The notes under the pieces were generated by a model. The model had not been told where the DNA came from, did not search any database, and was given only the letters and a program-made list of their open reading frames with translations. DNA of 58,607 bases, counting the filler, from Sphacelaria rigidula (Eukaryota), in NCBI GenBank assembly GCA_964200075.2. It is 6 parts of 6 records of this genome, joined end to end, with 100 filler letters (N's around TTAATTAATTAA, not from the genome) between each part and the next. Parts side by side here need not be neighbours in the genome. Positions count along the whole stretch, not along the records: positions 9,786 to 19,470 come from CAXNAA020007968.1; positions 19,571 to 29,255 come from CAXNAA020007969.1; 4 more parts are not named here. One strand, written 5' to 3'. A program made the position numbers and the translations under genes. Below, one piece after another: positions 10,228 to 24,137 of this stretch (position 1 is the stretch's first letter; every line of letters starts with the position of its first letter).

Positions 10228-13200
10228 GTGCTTCTTGTTTCTGATGATCGCTTCGACGCGCCAGCTGCATTGGCCAGGCTCAGTAACTTCAGCCCACCCC
10301 TACTCCAGAAGGCTTACCGGGTATTGCTGTCGCTAAGACAGGTCAACATACTGCAGGAGGCGTGGACTGCCAACGATCACGTCGTGGAAGATTGTGTGGA
10401 CCATGAGGTAAGGCAGTTTTCATGCGGTTGGCTCATAAATTTGCGGAATGTTCCCATTCCACATTAAGTGGCGTGGAGTGAAATCGTTCGACGATGTGCT
10501 ACTGCTTTTTTGTCGTCGTTTTTTTTTTTTTTTTCATATTGTTCGGACTCATGTTTCGCTCACCGTAGTTCTCAGTGGATTAATCGAAGGTCTTCTGGAG
10601 GGAGTAGAGTCATGAGAGCACGAAGCGATCAGCGATCATGGGTCGGGAATCAGGAGCTCTGTAAGGCTTAGTGGTGTTGAGTCTGTGACTACTCTCGCCA
10701 CACCGTCGCAATAGTCACCACGGATGTTGTCGGAAACATCAACGACGGAGACGCGAATGCTACCGCGGCGAAATTGCTGACACCAGGGCTCTGTGGTGGG
10801 GTCACACGAGCTCACCTCTGCGTTTTCATGCGTATTGCTCATGTATGTTTCAAATCTATGACGCAGAGAGCATCGCTCATGACTGCAGAGTATCGCTCAC
10901 GTGCCTTTTTTATGGTGGGGGAAGTGGTAATCACTTGAGCTACTCCTATTGGCGGAGAGTCTGACGTTGCTGACCTCTGTGCATACATGGTCGACCTATG
11001 CAAATAATGTTGGTCATCGCGCGTTTATAAGTGGAAGGCCCAAATATATCTCGGGCGCTATAGGGGTTATCCCCCAAACGCGGCGTTGATTTTCGATATT
11101 GACTGTCGAAGCAAAAAATACGTTCAATGTCGAGGTAGACTGACAGTTGACCAACCGACCTGCTGTGGGCTACGCTTCCGACTATGGCGTGACCGTCCAT
11201 TTGTTGTCATGTTTGGTTGAATTGACATGAATTGAGCTTTTTCAAGCTTCGATGTCACGGAGTTGAAGTCTTTCCGGGGCCGCGAAGGTGGTCGTCCGTT
11301 TCATTCGAAGACTTTCCTCATGTGTCTTCTTCACGAGTATCATGTTCCTGAATCTGTCCAAGGGTGGTCACATTGGGTTTTTGCTTTGCCGTCCGATTCA
11401 GAGATGACAACGTGACACGCGTGCGGTCGGGTCAACGATACGTAGCTGAAATCATTTTCGACACAGCCAATATGTGTGGATCGTGTGGTTATGCGTACAT
11501 CCGCGTCGACGGGGTTGCTCATTTCCGGGTTCGGAATATTGAATCATCGACGTGATATCCGCTCTCGGAACTCTTTCTCCCGTACTGCGGATAAATATAC
11601 TCAAGGTACAACATTTTTTTGACAGTGCTTGTGCGCGTTGGATCTAGTCATGCGAAAACCTGATAGCTGGCGTCAGCGCCAAAACATGCTTTGCCACAAT
11701 GTGCGGTATGGGACCGGTAAGTGGTCGCGCAAACATGCGCTGTTCATCACGACCTCCTCAAACTCGCGCATTTCAAAGCGAGCGAACGAGCAACAACTTT
11801 ATCACCCCCTCCTCGCCTTCGCTCACTGAGTGTACGTTCACAGGTATACAAGATGATCGGCAGACACGGGACAACAATGGTGACCAGGGGCATCGCAGCC
11901 GTCGATGCTCTTCATTCCTACGGTTTCCCCGGACCGTGGGAAAAGCCCAAGCTTGTCCTTCGTGACGAGCACGGACGTTTTCTGGAGATGATGGATCGTT
12001 ATGCTACTAAAGCACCGTCGGACGTGCCGCGTAGGTCCAGCGCCGGTGTCGTAGCTGCGGGACTGCCCGATAGTGATGCGTCGGGCGCCGCCGTGCCCCC
12101 TCACTTGAGCTTGCGAGAAGGTCGAATCGATCGCGGTATGATGGGCACAGTGTTGGAGGCGATTGCCACGGGCGGTGTCAAATTTTCAGTCAAGCCCCAC
12201 GAGTTGTTTCTGGTAGACGCATCTGATAAGGTCGAAGGTAACCTTGTTGGTGTGGGTACTGGTGAGGGCGGTGGTGGCGGCAGTGTGAAAGAGCCATCTT
12301 CACTTGCACGCAGCGCCACGCCAGGAGACGCGAGCAGTGAACAGGGGACTGCCGCATCAGGAGAAACCAGGTCGGATAGTGATGGGCGTCGTGATGGATA
12401 TAGACAGGCGAACAATGACACACCGTCAGCCGAGCAATCGGATATGTACGGGGTTATTTTGAGCCCTGTTGTAACGCGACAGGGTGAGTCTAGTCACAAG
12501 TACCGTAAGCCCACGTTAATCGACTTCCCCATCATGGGCACGATTGCCGTGGACATCGCGCCCATGCCATCATTTTTGTCATCGGGGAGTGAAGCAGACT
12601 TGCGTATGCACAACATGTCTGCACGCGGCGATGATGGAAATACCCTTGGGAACTCCACATCGATGGAGTTTCGCAAGTGTGCAACTGCAGACGATGTGGA
12701 TCTGGTGATTGGTCCGGAGATCGGGTGGGGATTGGGGGCCACTGCTGATGCGAATGGGAGAAGTGTCGCTGGGTCGTTGTTGGAGGCGTTGCGGGCAGCG
12801 GGACGATCCGGAATGTCGTTGCCTGATCTGAGAAAGGCTGTTCGCAGGGTTCGCGTTGTGGGTGACCGCATGCCCGAGCAAGATCGAGTACTACTGGCGG
12901 AGCTGGGTTGTGCGCTGAGGTCGGGAGAGGCGGTGTGCGTTTGCGGCGCTGGGGATATCATGTGGGTTTGAATTGCACTCTGTTCACTCGGCTGCATACT
13001 TGAATGACCAGCTGATTGTTTTTACATGTCGTGTTTTTGCCATAAAAAATCGATAAGTGTATGAAAGCCTGTCTCCAAACGGGGGTCAGCGACTGCACAC
13101 ACTTACTTGATGCTTTCTTGATTCAGCGTTCTCTCTGTACTCCGTGTTGGTGATTGCCCTACTAGCCTTACCTCACGGCACAGTTTATGACGTCGTCCAT

Positions 13201-16200
13201 GCTTCCTGGACTGTTCGCGATGATGTTCAAGGTTGTGGCGAGATATCATGATGCTCGATATTTCCTGGTCTCTTGTGTTGGACACCGGGACGACATCACC
13301 CGGTGCAGTCGAATTTATCTGGCGCACCTGATTTCGCACGACTGGGGCACCATAGATCCTGAACAAGCGTTGTAGACAAGCAGCATGATCGCTCTGTCGA
13401 TCCACCGCGACAACGCTTGCTTGCTTGCTTGCTTGATCGATCGATCGATTGATTGATTGATTGATGGATTGATTACGTGTTGTGCATCAATCGATTCGCA
13501 ATCAAGTCAGCCGTGGTCACTAGATGTACCCGAGGCGACCAAACGAAATAATCGCTGAAGAAAGCTTGAGAAGCGGCAGATATGAAACGCCAAGAATGAA
13601 AAATGTAAACAGTTTACGCGGAACTTTTCCCCATGTTTTCCGCTTTCGCGCTCCCGCTCGCGAACTCAATCCACCAATAGGTACCTGGCCAAGGAAACCG
13701 CAGATTTATGGATCGTGGCCACGGACGACGACGTTGACGATGTAGGCGACGGCCAAGGGCCCGACCCACGACACACCTCCGCACCCCTGTTTATAAATAA
13801 TAACACGCGAACAGTATCCGCCAGTGCGGTGGACAGTATGGAGGTCGGAGACGTGGATGATGACCAGGAGCAGTCGGGTGTGGAGAGTCGTAGGATGCCA
13901 GTCTGGAAAGGAAAAAAGCGAGCTGTGGCAACAGCAGCAGCAGCAGCAGCAGCACTACTACCATCACCACCTCAAGTAAGACTGCGACCGGCACCGGGAT
14001 TTCATGTCCTCTGAGTCGATTTGGGGTCGGCTGTTGTGTGCACGTTTTCCGCACATATGTTAGGACGTGTCTCAGCTGCGTCCCGTCGCCTTGTGTAAAA
14101 TATTGCATCATTCCTACACATGCTTGAAGGGCGTTTTTTCAGTGGACCTGGTTTCACGTCAAAGCTTGCGTGCGTAGTGCGCAGTCTGTGCCCATCGAGT
14201 TTCTTCGAGATGTCAGGCGATGATGCAAATGTAAGAGTTCCGACTGTAAACAGTTCGCTCAGCAGCTGTGAATGCTTCCGCCAATAACTGCGTTCGGTCA
14301 GCTTTGCGCTTTTCTTATCCTGTAAACGAAATAAAGCCGTCAGCGGTTTTCGTATGCTCTTCCAGTGATGTTTTTACCGCGTCTATGGGTTACTCGACTG
14401 CTGTGAAACTTATGTCTCTAAGAATTCCTTGCTCCCTGAGCTGCTCGGGTCTTCGCTTGTTTGTTTGAAAGCTACGTCAATTCTCGGCGGGCCGCTGCTT
14501 GATTGTTTGAAAGCTACGTCGCTCTGGTCACTTAGCCAGATTTCCTCGTCTACCTGCGGATCTCAGACTTCCCCGAACTGCTTCGACTGTTCTGGCAGGT
14601 TGAGGCTACACAAACGGCAGGAATACCTCGCGTATGGATGCCATGGATGGATCTTGATGGCAAGGTTGACCTTGGTCTACTCGGCCGTCTCCGACAGGGG
14701 GCCGTAGCGTACGTGAAAAGCCACGGCGGGTGCCGCGCTGAGGATATCAGGTGATTTACTACTTGGGCGTTCCAGGCATCAGAGGAACGGAAATGTACGC
14801 GAGTATTGGGACACTGAGACACGACAATAGTACGTTATTAGTGTGTCGTGTCCTATTATGCATCGAGGACGTGACTATATGTTTTGTTTTATAGATCATC
14901 GGGGCGCCGTCAAACATGAATATATGGCAGCCATGAGCGTCAAATCGAATGCGCAATCGACTTAAGTTTCGTTGCTTATCTCATCACATGTGCGTACACC
15001 TCGCAACATATTTTTGCACTGACTGTCCGCGAAGACGCGATCGGAGTTTTCTCTCCATCAACACCCCGAACCTGCCGGTTGTTGTGCCGTGGGACTGATA
15101 GCACTTGAGTAGGTTCATGGCGCTTGTCTTGGTCAGGTTCGTGCTATTTTCACGTGTTGTCGCAAGTATCCTGCAGCAGGCCGCATGATTATTCCGTTGG
15201 TAAATGTTTCCTTCAAAGAGTGTCTTCGGTGCTTCAAGGATGGGACGGCGGGTCAACATCGGTAGTGAGTTCCACATGCCTTACATCGCGTTTTCCACGC
15301 CCTGAATCGATCCCCCCCCCCCCCCCCCCCCCCCCCCCCCGCCCCGCCCCTCCCCCGCTCCCCATGCCTTGTGGGTGCAGCNNNNNNNNNNGGGTTCCAC
15401 GGGGGGGCGGGGGGTCCAAACCGCGGGGTGGTTCCCCCTCCCTTTCACTGGGTTTTCCCCCCCCCTAACCCACCCCCCCCCCCCCCCCCCCTCCCTTGAC
15501 CTTGTGGCTGTTTGCTAAGTCACGAGTGATTCGTGGGAACATACACCTACTTCGAGTGCAATGTGGCTACACGACATGAAGTAGCGATTCGATTCACTTT
15601 CGCCAATTCTTGCAATGATGACCGTAACAAATCGTGATAGATTCAACGAATGCCCCTTCCTGACTGTCGGAGAAACGCTGCTCATCCTGAGAGATCTGGT
15701 GCGGAGAAAGGTTCTTCTCGAGAATGTGGTTTCGGACATTGAACAGGTGCGTGACGTACATATCAAGAGTGTTATACGTTGTCAGTTAACGTTGGTTTTC
15801 TGCAGCTTGTCTTTGTCGCGTGTGTCGAAACATGAGCCCTAATAACTCTTGCGGAAAAAGCTGTCGTTGCTTGCGGTTTTGGCAGTCGTTTCATTCAATA
15901 CAGTACTTTTCTGTGCACCGGTGAAACATGCATGCCATTTCTGCTTGTTCCACAAGTCAAGAATCTCGACGATTATGCGTTTGCCTGCTTGTGTGCACCC
16001 TGCCTTGGTATGTTGTCGCTCGTCCTGCATGCGCTGTCTTCGTGTGCCACAATTTGACAGCAAGTCTAATTACGAATGTATTTTTGCCGTGTTTTACCTC
16101 AATGACTACAAGGCCGTGTGCACTGCGCGACCAGTCATGTGAGATAAATTTGGGCACTCCGAATGGTGTGACTTCCCGTCACCCGTCTTGTTTCGTGTCG

Positions 16201-16513
16201 ACCAGCCCGCATACTCATTCTCCTCGCTACCTCTTATTTACGATTGCGGATATTTTTCCATTGCGATCTGAAGGCGACCCTTACAAACGGGTGGGGGGTG
16301 GCCTGCACAATATCCGACCGGTGCAGTACTAGATTTAAGGAGGCGGGCCGCCGGTCGGAAGATTTGCATACTACGGACCGGTCCGGGCAGTGGGTGAACG
16401 CGTCAGAGGGCTCTGGTGCTGACAACATAGGAAGCGCTGCAAGGGCCTCGTTTTGCCTAGCTCTCGGCTGGTCTGACGTCCTGATTCGCATGCAGGAAAT
16501 GTTTCCAGTGTAA
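10228..16513 (+). CDS. GTF3C1: General transcription factor IIIC subunit 1 (B-block binding)-like, 3' portion; 5' end not found on this contig
   Basis: Phase-consistent exons 10228-10341 (or -10407), 11844-12961, 13681-13975, 14599-14750, 15641-15746 and 16274-16513 (TAA). Motifs LLEALRAAGRSGMSLPDL, VCVCGAGDIM|YLAKETADLW and PWMDLDGKVD..AVAYVKSHGG resemble the C-terminal winged-helix region of GTF3C1. Recognised by eye, not by search. Confidence 0.7.
13415..13473. repeat. Compound microsatellite (GCTT)n(GATC)n(GATT)n
   Basis: Read directly; intronic. Confidence 0.9.
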
Positions 16514-18312
16514 GGGACTTAGGACAGCGGGTGGCGCTAGAAAGGTAGGGGAGGCGGCCGTCCGTGTGTATGGAGTGGCGGTGGAAATCGAGGTGATAGT
16601 TCAAGTTCCGTACTTGCTGTCAAGACAGGGTGTGAGCGGTTGGGCTGAGTATGTGTATGAGTTCGTGCGGTACGACTATAAGCGAGATCTGGGTGTGTGG
16701 GGAGTATTGCGAGTGAGGGCAGGTTGAGTGGAAGGCGTTTCAAGTGATGGATGCACTTATGATGGTGTTTTGGCTGTCGAATATTGCGTCGTTTCGCGTG
16801 TGATTACGGTATTTCCGTGCTTGATGTGTATGGAATGGTCGGATGAGTTGAGATAGCGGGGTGCTGGGCACGGAGGGTCGAGGCTTGAAGGTTTAGATAT
16901 TGAGTGCAAACGCGACGGTGGTATATAGCGTTGGGCTTTAACTTGTGAGATTGGTGATGGCTGCTTGTTGCTCCCGTCGTTTGGTGTGTGTTGAAGTGTC
17001 GTGTGTTCCAGATGACAGCGATAAGCGACATCTCTCACCGGGGAATGATTCGGTACATGTTAGTGCAGCCGGGTTGACTCATTGAGTTATCAAGCGACAA
17101 AGTAACTGCGGTCTTGTAAGAAGAGCAGGGCTCTCAGCCGCCGGGCTAATGCCGGTTGGCGGTCGTACCTCCGTCGGGTTTGTTGTGTGAGTCTTAATTC
17201 ACCTGTATGAGCGAGGGTTTTGATGAAGAGAAGAGCTGGGCGGTAGTCGTTCTTGTGTTAGCATGCATGCCACCTAGGTCTTGACCTACATCTACAATAT
17301 CTTGCAATGACGACACGGATCAGAAGTTAGGGATCCTTGGCTGACGATTGCCAATTCAGATTTCCGTTGTGATTTCTAGTATTTGATCTTCTAGCGTCTA
17401 TCTGCGGCGGTCACATCTTGTACCCATTTATTGTCGGCTGGTGGTTGCTAGCGGCCGATTCGATGTTTGTACGGCTGTTTATACAGTACAGGTTGCTTGT
17501 CGGGCATAGGTGTGCTACTGTAGCAGGTGCGTAGGAGTTGGTGAGGTACCGAACAAAACACAGACCAACGTAGTTAATAGGTCGAAGGTGGTGGATTAGG
17601 TCAAGCGTCTTTTGTTTTTGAAGCTTCTCCTGTACAGCGTCCAGCGACAGCGTTCGCCGGGTCTGGGAAGCAGAATTCGTTTAGAGGTAAATATGAAGCG
17701 AGAAACTATCTGAGTGATTGCCTCCACTGCTTCGCAATTAGAGTGCCGCTGCAAAACAAATCTGACTGACCTCAAGGCTGTGACGTACACCGCCAAAGAT
17801 GTTGGCGACACGTGCGCACTTTTGTCGGTTGTGCCGACACTCCGGGTAGCTAGAAGTCCCCCAAGTATCGATTGCTACCCTTTTTGATTCTCTTCAGGAT
17901 CGACTGATTCCCAACGATCAACACGGTAGGGAAGTACCTCCGCGAGAACCGACCCCGCATTTTACCACAGGCAGTGCTCTTCTGAATTGCTTGATATGGC
18001 TCAGTATCTTCCCCCTGACGAAAACAAACACATGATAAGCTCAGCCTGGCTATTTTCCTGCAGTATTGTTGCCTTTGCATAAAAACCGGTTCATATATCT
18101 GCGCAGTACATACAGTGTGCGAGCGGGAAACCACACTGTCCCATTACGCACTTTGTGCTTCAACGAAGCCAGGTGGGACTTTTCGTTAACATGAGCCGCA
18201 GCGCTCATGGATGCCGGATGCAATAAGTATCTGTGTAGTATTTTGTCTACGGCGGGGCGCAGGGAATGGAAGGTTCTGCACATATATGTCTTATACATGT
18301 CTTGAAAATAAT

Positions 18313-18571
18313 CAGGGCACTTGACGTTAAACGTCACACTATCGTAACACGTCACAAACGTCACGTCACAAACGTCACGTCACAACGGTGCGAAGTGACG
18401 TGACGTATTTTTTTCCAAGACGTCACAAATGTGGCGTGATGTGACGTATTATTGTTGAGACGTCACATCAAAGTCTTCTGAAACGCGTCTTGTGACGTGT
18501 GACGTACTTTTTACGTAACATGTGTGACGTCTAAATGAACGTCACAAACGTCACACGTTCAACTTGTACTG
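18313..18571. mobile_element. Old hAT-like MITE with many ACGTCAC/GTGACGT subterminal motifs
   Basis: CAG..CA.TTGA termini, more than ten copies of the motif in both orientations, and flanks AAAATAAT / AAATTAGT (6/8 identical). Confidence 0.55.
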
Positions 18572-19387
18572 AAATTAGTGTGAGATTCGTTGGCATACAC
18601 ATGTGTGCATAAACGCATTACAATTTTCAGCATGAAAAGTGGTGTTGTCTTGGGCCTTTTCTCGTGTCACATTGTTTTTTTGTGACAAAAAACGTGTTAC
18701 AGAAACGTTTGGATGTTTTTCAAAACTGTGGTTCCAACGCAGTCGTACAGCATCGTAGATGGTGCAGTGTGTTACACTGGACACAAGATAGAAGTCCAAC
18801 AGTGTGTAGTCCAACAGTGCAGCACAGGTCCCCAACGCACAGCACCAGAGGGAGTGTCGCAGCAGGTGGCTGCTTCTAAGGAAAGTCGAGCACTCTTTAG
18901 TGCCCGCCCGTGATAAGATGAGCATGAAAAATGGTTCTCGATGACAAGCAGCTGATGCATACTGTATACAATCCGTGTCGTCAGAGAATCCATACAGTCG
19001 AGCATGCGTGTACTATACACGGCCGTATACCTGCAAGTAGGAACAGTGAAATCACATCATCATTGTACTACAAGTGCCGTCGTCTGCTGTCTGCTGTGCG
19101 GACTGTACACTATTTACAGCGGACAACATACAACAGCAATAGTACAGATGCATCATCATGCAGATGCATCCTCGAGGCACTGACTTTCTGCTGCAAGAGG
19201 ACAGTTCATTCATGACGATTGCGTTCGTGCTGGTGGTTTGTGACTGCAGTGAACATAATCTCATGCATCCTTGGGACGCTGAAGCCTCCGCTGCAAGATG
19301 ATCGATGAGTCAATTCATTATTCTCTTCGTGCTGGTGGTAGTGTATGTCTACATATCTTCACGCACTCGTACTGAAAGTTGTACAGT

Positions 19388-19640
19388 AATAACAGTGTTT
19401 TCGTGAGATTGAGAGTAGATGATACGATTGAGAGTGGCTTTGATCATTTGCTTCAAGTGAGTCATTTTTTNNNNNNNNNNNNNNNNNNNNNNNNNNNNNN
19501 NNNNNNNNNNNNNNTTAATTAATTAANNNNNNNNNNNNNNNNNNNNNNNNNNNNNNNNNNNNNNNNNNNNCTTAAAGCGAACGATCAAAGCCACTCTCAA
19601 TCGTATCATCTACTCTCAATCTCACGAAAACACTGTTATT
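19388..19640. repeat. Two ends of the same high-copy repeat (AATAACAGTGTTTTCGTGAGATTGAGAGT..) terminating two different contigs
   Basis: 19388-19457 is largely the reverse complement of 19571-19640. The same start occurs at 44574. Confidence 0.75.
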
Positions 19641-20449
19641 CTTCTCTCATAGTAACTCTGCTCTGTTGTCCATGGCGATTTGAAATCTTTTTGCACTAAC
19701 ATTCCCGTCAGATCACGAACTTTCAGGGGGGTGACGTCCGCTTCGGACGGTTCGATCTTCTTGGTATAAATCACGAAAAACCTCCCGGTCCGAGAAAAAA
19801 AAACGATCCTAGTCTCACGAAAATGTCGTGAGTGCTGATCCAATCCGCGAAACCCCAAATGGAGGGCGTGTACCGGGGAGATTTGGCTCGATTCATTGTG
19901 ATCACGGACTCGTCCAGTGAAAGGGGAGGGGCCAGGGGTTCAACAAAAAAGACATCAGGAGCCGGATTGCTCACCGTGGCGGTCACAGAGTTATGCTGTC
20001 GTACTTGATAACAGTCATGTTCCCGCGTGTGGAACGTCCCATCAATACCCGCGGTGGTCAACGCATGGGAATCAAACAAGAGCATCGTCTCTGCAGTACA
20101 GTATTCAAAGCACAGTTACAGAGTGATGTATCTCCCGTGACACTTTACGTTTTTGGGAGCTATTTTGCTGCTGCTGGAGTAGTACTAGCCTCCTTGTCCA
20201 CATAATATCATACAAATCGATTGTTATCAGTTACACGTCTGTTTCAAACGTGTGCGGTGTGCAGCAGCCGTATGCATGGAACCACAAAAATTCTTCTCGC
20301 GAAGCCAGTCACGTTACCTCGACTCCCATCAACCCTTCCCCCCCCACCCCCTAGAATACGGTGACTTGAAGACCCAGGTTCGTTTCACCCCTCTCATACT
20401 TGCACCAATCCCTTTTCCCGCAATGGGAGCTAAAACAAAAAATACGCAA

Positions 20450-21116
20450 ATCAAACCCTCACCACTGATGAAAATCCACCGAACTTGTCAAAATTGCGAA
20501 GAGAGAAGAAAAGCCTCTTCAAAATTGAAATCCAAAATTATCGTACCTTCCGTATACATGATATTTGTGAATTCTTGCGCAGAAAATAATGCTCCACAAC
20601 ACCCTACCAACACCAAGTACCTACTATTATGTAAAAACGCCTCATTATCACGGCCCACTATCGACACAACTTTCATCAAAACGTGCAGGGGGGAGAGGAA
20701 AAAATATCGGGCTATTCCCGGCATTCGCACCCTATCCCACATATTTTCCAAGTACTTGCTGGCTTCCCCGGCAGCACAAACACGTCGGGAAAATGCCACC
20801 AACATTCGAAACACATCGTTCTTTCAGCAAACATGTAACACGTTGCTCCAGCTGAGGCCTACCCTTATTATTTCGCGGCCGTCACACGCGACAAATTCAT
20901 TTTTGACCCTCTTTGACGTGGGGGACCGACCCCCATGTACTACTACTGACTGTGGCCAACGCCATCAACAAAGCGAATCGCACACAGCCCATCCATGCGT
21001 TAGTCCCGCCCGACCTTCATGACATGCATGGATCAAAAAGCCCCGTTGACTCCCATCACTTGCCACAGCAGCAGAAAGGCGTCGAACAGCACATGCACCA
21101 CGCCATACCCATAATT
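20450..21116 (-). pseudogene. Possible glycosyltransferase family 61 (DUF563)-like relic
   Basis: Minus-strand fragments NYGYGVVHVLFDAFLLLWQVM and VLVGCCGA..FTNIMYTEGTIILDF resemble the GT61 N..H.l.D and VLVGxHGAGLTN motifs in the correct order. Interrupted by stops. Confidence 0.3.
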
Positions 21117-23899
21117 CTTTTTTGTTCACTACCCTGGATTCCTCATTCAGAGTACCAATGAAACTCAGTCACTGCAGCCCATCGTTTTGGCTGTCCGCTA
21201 CAGCTGAACCCATTCGAATATGCACGATCAAGGCACCAACAAAATGCATATATACCAAACGTACAAGAGATACCAACATACTATGCCGTCCGACAGCTAC
21301 AGCCCAACGTCAGCGGTAAAAAAGAAACCAGACACGACTAATAAACACATACATGCAGTTTGCCTACAACACCAGCAAGGCTCAAAGCAGGAACATCTGG
21401 GTGGTGCCCAGAAGAACACGCCGACTGTAAGCCAACACCACCAACTACTACGCCACGCATTACACAAGAGCTCGAAACGGCAAGTCGTAGGAAGAGGACT
21501 TGGCAAAAACTGTACCCCCTCCCTTCCCCCCCCCCGCCCAACAACCAACCATAACGAGCGACATCACATTCTCATTTTTCTTCGAAGCTACGCTCCACGC
21601 CTGCGCGGAAACGCTCGAAACGCGGGGACAGCACACTGACCAACTCATCTACCGCACCCGACGAGCATATCATTTACAGCAGTAATATTAACCTTCACTT
21701 TCATCATGGTTCGCGAATATAGTTTTCGATTGCTACCTTCAGCGTTGTCTTCGGCAGGAAACGCACGAAAACAGGGGTCTTGATAAAACTGTTTGCGAGC
21801 TTCCTCGGATCTCGCCCTAGAAATATCCCAGAAAAATAGAACAACTTAACACCGTCCCCTCGAATGCAGCGTACACAGTACAGGGGGGAACACGGGCACT
21901 TACTCATGGACGTACCCCTCATGAATCATACAACAAGCACGAGTTCAGCTTCAGAGACTATTGGCACACCCGTCGTACCACAACGCCGAAATTTTATGGG
22001 CCGCCACACAAAGCACACGCGCTCGACTATTACGCACCCTCTCTCACTATTTCCATACAGTACATGCACCACCTCCAGAAACAAAACGCTAGACCTCAAA
22101 AATACTCCACACGTATACAAGAAGTTCCGTCATTCTACCGTATTGGTTGCTGGCAGACGGTGGAAAAGATACACACGACAAAAAAAAAAAAAGCGATCAC
22201 CGATTCGAATAATCGCGCGATCATTCACCCACCACCACCTTGGAAATGTAACGCTCGACACCACTTCTCCACAATAAGCACACGATGATATGAAACAAAC
22301 AAGCGACTTAATTTTGGGACACGCAATCACCCCACAACCACCACTCATGCACCATACAACACCACTCCTACTCATCACACGACCCACTTGTCATTCAACA
22401 TACACACAAGATACACGCTTTCTTTGCCTTCAAACACGAAAAACCAAACCAAACCAAAACATGTATAAAAAATATACTCGACAGCGGAGCCGTTTTTCAA
22501 ATCTTGTCTTCTCAAAATTATCATCTTCAGGCGGGTCTTGGTTGGTGCCAAACCGTATGCTCGAGGGCGTCATCCCCCAGCAGCAAACACCAAAACCGCC
22601 TCAATATCCTCCGTCGACCCCTCCTTGAATAATGCACGGGGGGGGGGGGGGGGGGGCGCGGGGCCCCGCCACCCCCAACGGCGGGGTGGCGGAGACACGT
22701 GTGGGGCGGGGTGGAAAGACACTTGCGCGTTCGCCNNNNNNNNNNCCCCCCCCAACCCAAAACCACACCCCCCCCATCATCCCCCCCCCCCCCCCCCCCC
22801 TGAAAAGGGGGGGGGGGGGGGGGGGGGGGACGGAGTGCCCGACAAATCTCAATGCGCTGTTGTCGGGAAAACTATCTGTACCGCTGGTCACACAATTACG
22901 CCTCTGCCCCAAGAACCTCTTGAGGCAGATACGTCTGTTAATTGGCATGCTCTTCGTGCTCGGTTCTACTGTACCGACGCGTCGTAGTTGCCTAGAACAA
23001 GAAAAAAACGCTCCAACACTTTCTTCGGCGGAAACCCTCGCCTGGTTCACCCCAGTCCCGAGCGTGCTAACCGTTTGACCTGGGATGTGTGGCTGCTAAC
23101 ATTTACAGTAGTCCGGGATTGAAGGGCAATGCTGTGGGCACGTGTCTTGTCCTGCGGCGTTTGATACCCTTCCATACGCCCCTCTTCATGTCTTGGAGGG
23201 CGCCGATCCTTCCGTTGATAAAAGGTACAGATTGAGGGACGGGAGGTGACAATGGGTCTTCAATTTACGAAAGACAGTGCATTACTCATGCATGTGACAG
23301 ATAGGATGTCAGGTATATAACTCATAGGACGCCATGGACTCGTTCCGACGAGGGAGAGAGATTGAAAGTGTGACGAAAAAAAAAGACGGACTGCGGTCCG
23401 GTTCTTATATCTTGAAAAGTTATGCTCTAGAGACGAAAGCCCGAAGACTTCAAGTTTGTGTTCTACGTTCTATAGGGTGTGTGTTGTTATGTGGTGCTGT
23501 TACTATTATGCCTAGTATAATCGTACGCATAGCTGTCTCTCTAGAGGTACAAGGTTAGAAACATGCGACTCGTATCGCTTTGGCTGGAGATCTTGGCTCT
23601 CGAGTTTGGCTCCCTTCCGGTGTGACCTCGCGTGTTGAGTGAGCCAATGGGTCCTGCCTTCAGTAGCCCGAATGGTTGCATATGGCACCGCTACTTTAAG
23701 GGCGAGCAGGAGTCCTTCTTCTTTGCTCATTTTTTTTGTATTTCTTTTGTATCGCATCTGTGTGAATTGTTGTGTGGGTCCGATTCATTCGATGGTTTTG
23801 CCTTTACCCTAGCTTGGGGTAGTTAGCCTGTGACCACGGAAGGCGTCCGCATCAGATGCCCAGTACAGAGTACTACGCAGATATCGGAACGGCTTTTTT

Positions 23900-24137
23900 T
23901 TTTGTCAAGCCAATAACAACAACATTAGGGTATACCCGGAAGTCGTCTTTTTTTTGGTTGACATACCAAACCATATCGGAATGTGTATCAACATTCCAGC
24001 ATGATTCGACAGGGTATCGAGCCCCGTTCCGAAAACTCGGGTGTGGTTCGGAAGGGCAACTGCCGATAAAATGCCGTGTTTATACTTTTGTTTATACCCC
24101 AAATTCAGTCGATATACCCTACAGAACAAAACCTTGC
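23900..24137. mobile_element. Partial copy of the CAAGG-ended MITE family (compare 32358-33170)
   Basis: Ends in ATACCCTACAGAACAAAACCTTG and contains GGGTA/TACCC motifs. Confidence 0.5.

Noticed and set aside
14361..14444. Possible intronic C/D snoRNA (GTGATGT...CTGA)
   Set aside because: Imperfect C box and no convincing rRNA-complementary guide. An Rfam or snoscan search would be needed.
19388..19640. Inverted repeat spanning the gap
   Set aside because: Two separate contigs both break in the same high-copy repeat.
20252..21022. 256-aa plus-strand ORF
   Set aside because: No recognisable domain; more likely the antisense shadow of the minus-strand relic.
22637..22829. Gly/Pro-rich ORFs over G and C homopolymers (also about 15310-15490 and 29160-29255)
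   Set aside because: Low-quality homopolymer sequence next to N gaps.
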